A DNA stretch of 63,633 bases, the filler included, from Chiloscyllium plagiosum (lineage: Eukaryota): NCBI RefSeq assembly GCF_004010195.1. It is 4 parts of 2 records of this genome, joined end to end, with 100 filler letters (N's around TTAATTAATTAA, not from the genome) between each part and the next. Parts side by side here need not be neighbours in the genome. Positions count along the whole stretch, not along the records: positions 60,940 to 63,633 come from NC_057712.1; 3 more parts are not named here. One strand, 5' to 3'. The translations under genes were made by a program, and so were the position numbers. The notes under the pieces are model-generated. The model had not been told where the DNA came from. It was given only the letters and a program-made list of their open reading frames with translations, and did not search any database. Of this stretch, positions 60,840 to 63,633 are shown in pieces. The first letter of the stretch is position 1. Each line of letters opens with the position of its first letter.

Positions 60840-60939
60840 NNNNNNNNNNNNNNNNNNNNNNNNNNNNNNNNNNNNNNNNNNNNTTAATTAATTAANNNNN
60901 NNNNNNNNNNNNNNNNNNNNNNNNNNNNNNNNNNNNNNN
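60840..60939. other. Assembly spacer
   Basis: 44 N + TTAATTAATTAA + 44 N. Confidence 0.95.
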
Positions 60940-62361
60940 ACAGTCCACAGTGTGTCTGTATTGGGCTGCACAGTCCACAGTGTGTCTGCACTGGGGTGCA
61001 CAGTCCACAGTGTGTCTGCACTGGGCTGCACATTCCACAGTGTGTCTGGATTGTGCTGCACAGTCAGCAGTGTGTCTGCATTGGGCTGCACATTCCACAG
61101 TGTGTCTGTGTTGGGCTGCACAGTCTACAGCGTGTCTGCATTGGGCTTCACAGTCCACAGCGTGCCTGCACTGGGCTGCACATTCCACAGTGTGTCTGGA
61201 TTGGGCTGCACAGTCAGCAGTGTGTCTGCATTGGGCTGCACATTCCACAGTGTGTCTGCATTGGGCTGCACAGTCTACAGCGTGTCTGCATTGGGCTGCA
61301 CAGTCAGCAGTGTGTCTGCATTGGGCTGCGCAATCCACAGTGTCCCTGCACTGGGCTGCACATTCCACAATGTGTCTGGATTAGGCTGCACAGTCAGTAG
61401 TGTGTCTGCATTGGGCTGCACATTCCACAGTGTGTCTGTATTGGGGTGCACAGTCCACAATGTGTCTGGATTTGGCTGCACAGTCCACAATGTGTCTGGA
61501 TTGGGCTGCACAGTCCACAGTGTGTCTGCATTGTGCTGCACAGTCCACAGTGTGTCTGCATTGTGCTGTACAGTCCACAGTGTGTCTGCATTGTGCTGTA
61601 CAGTCCACAGTGTGTCTGTATTGGGCTGCACAGCCCACAGTGTGTCTGTATTGGGCTGCACAGTCCACAGTGTGTCTGTATTGGGCTGCACAGTCCACAG
61701 TGTGTCTGTATTGGGCTGCACAGTCCAGAGTGTGTCTGGATTGGGCTGCACAGTCTACAGTGGGCTGCACATTCCACAGTGTGTCTGTATTGGGCTGCAC
61801 AGTCAGCAGTATGTCTGCATTGTGCTGCACAGTCCACAGTGTGGCTGCACTGGGCTGCACAGTCCACAGTGTGTCTGCATTGGGCTACACAGTCCACAGT
61901 GTGGCTGCACTGGGCTGCACAGTCAGCAGTGTGTTTGCTTTGGGCTGCACAGTCCACAGTGTGGCTGCACTGGGCTGCACAGTCCACAGTGTGTCTGCAT
62001 TGGGCTGCACAGTCCACAGTGTGTCTGCATTGGGCTGCACAGTCCACAGTGTGTCTGCACTGGGCTGCACTGTCCACCGTGTGTCTGTATTGTGTTGCAC
62101 AGCCCACAGTGTGTCTGCATTGGGCTACACAGTCCACAGTGTGGCTGCACTGGGCTGCACAGTCAGCAGTGTGTTTGCATTGGGCTGCACAGTCCACAGT
62201 GTGTCTGCATTGGGCTGCACAGTCCACAATGTGGCTGTACTGGGCTGCACAGTCCACAGCGTGTCTGCATTGGGCTGCACAGTCCACAGTGTGTCTGCAT
62301 TGGGCTGCACAGTCCACACTGTGTCTGCACTGGGCTGCACTGTCCACCGTGTGTCTGTATT
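60940..62361. repeat. Homogeneous 30-bp minisatellite (about 47 units)
   Basis: Unit CAGTCCACAGTGTGTCTGCATTGGGCTGCA; gaps on both sides. Confidence 0.97.
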
Positions 62362-62861
62362 NNNNNNNNNNNNNNNNNNNNNNNNNNNNNNNNNNNNNNN
62401 NNNNNNNNNNNNNNNNNNNNNNNNNNNNNNNNNNNNNNNNNNNNNNNNNNNNNNNNNNNNNNNNNNNNNNNNNNNNNNNNNNNNNNNNNNNNNNNNNNNN
62501 NNNNNNNNNNNNNNNNNNNNNNNNNNNNNNNNNNNNNNNNNNNNNNNNNNNNNNNNNNNNNNNNNNNNNNNNNNNNNNNNNNNNNNNNNNNNNNNNNNNN
62601 NNNNNNNNNNNNNNNNNNNNNNNNNNNNNNNNNNNNNNNNNNNNNNNNNNNNNNNNNNNNNNNNNNNNNNNNNNNNNNNNNNNNNNNNNNNNNNNNNNNN
62701 NNNNNNNNNNNNNNNNNNNNNNNNNNNNNNNNNNNNNNNNNNNNNNNNNNNNNNNNNNNNNNNNNNNNNNNNNNNNNNNNNNNNNNNNNNNNNNNNNNNN
62801 NNNNNNNNNNNNNNNNNNNNNNNNNNNNNNNNNNNNNNNNNNNNNNNNNNNNNNNNNNNNN

Positions 62862-63633
62862 CTTTGATAAGGTTCCACATGGTAGGCTGTTAGAGAAAAT
62901 GCCAAGGCATGGGATTGAGGGTGATGAAGCAGTTTGGATTAGAAACTGGCTTTCTGAAAGAAGGCAGTGAGTGGTGGTTGATTGAAAATATTCAGCCTGG
63001 AGTCCAGTTACTAGTGGTGTGCCACAAGGATCTGTTTTGGGACCACTACTGTTTGTCATTTTTATAAATGACTTGGACGCAGGGATAGGTGGATGGATTA
63101 GTAAATTTGCAGATGACACTAAAGTTGATGGAGTAGTGGACAGTGTGGAAGAATGTTGCAGGTTGCAGGGGGACATGGATAAACTGCAGAATTGGGCTGA
63201 GGGGTGGCAAATGGAGTTCAATGCAGCTAAATGTGAGGTGATTCACTTTGGGAAGAATAACAGGAAGGCAGAACACTGGGTCAATGGAAAGATTCGTGGT
63301 AGTGTGGATGTGCAGAGGGATCTTGGATTCCATGTACATGGATCCCTGAAAGTTGCCACCCAGGTAGATAGTGCTGTTAAGGAGGCATACGGTGTGTTAG
63401 GTTTCATTGATAGAGGGATTGAGTTCCGGCAACTATACAAAACGCTAGTGTGGCTGCACTTGGAATATTGTGTACAGTTCTAGTCGCCGCATTACAGGAA
63501 GGATGTGGAAGCATTGGAAAAGGTGCAGAGGAGATTTACCAGGATGTTGCCTGGTCTGGAGGGAAGGTCTTATGAGGAAAGGCCGAGGGACTTGGGTCTG
63601 TTCTCATTGGAAAGAAGGAGGCGAAGAGGGGAT
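62862..63633 (+). mobile_element. CR1 LINE RT region
   Basis: FDKVPHG, PQGSVLGPLLFVIFINDL, SKFADDTK, HLEYCVQF. Confidence 0.92.

Noticed and set aside
60888..63221. Long Cys/His-rich ORFs (up to 672 aa)
   Set aside because: Artefact of a 30-bp nearly stop-free repeat that is open in most frames, plus read-through of N gaps.

Overview
Eukaryotic, repeat-saturated DNA, most consistent with a cartilaginous fish (shark). This is inferred from HE1/V-SINE-like SINEs, abundant CR1 LINEs and fish-type ERVs. No intact host protein-coding gene is supported. The window is four assembly pieces joined by 100-bp N/TTAATTAATTAA spacers, plus one 500-N gap. Contents: more than 20 CR1 LINE fragments (one near full length, one young 3' end with an open ORF2); several Penelope-like element (PLE) families, including a near-complete RT + GIY-YIG copy at about 55.4-58.4 kb; three class I (gamma/epsilon-like) endogenous retrovirus remnants; a Gypsy remnant; a Rex1/Babar-like 3' end; tRNA-derived SINEs; and four tandem or low-complexity arrays (57 bp, about 70 bp, 30 bp, CATT-rich). 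The most notable signal: the termini of at least four PLE-related sequence variants carry minimal type-I hammerhead ribozyme motifs (CUGANGA-n-stem II-GAAA-palindromic ACGU/AGCU) with covarying stems. Short (about 200 bp) non-coding palindromes built from these ribozyme-bearing termini have inserted repeatedly on their own with 14-16 bp target-site duplications. Ribozyme activity and family novelty are inferred, not tested.
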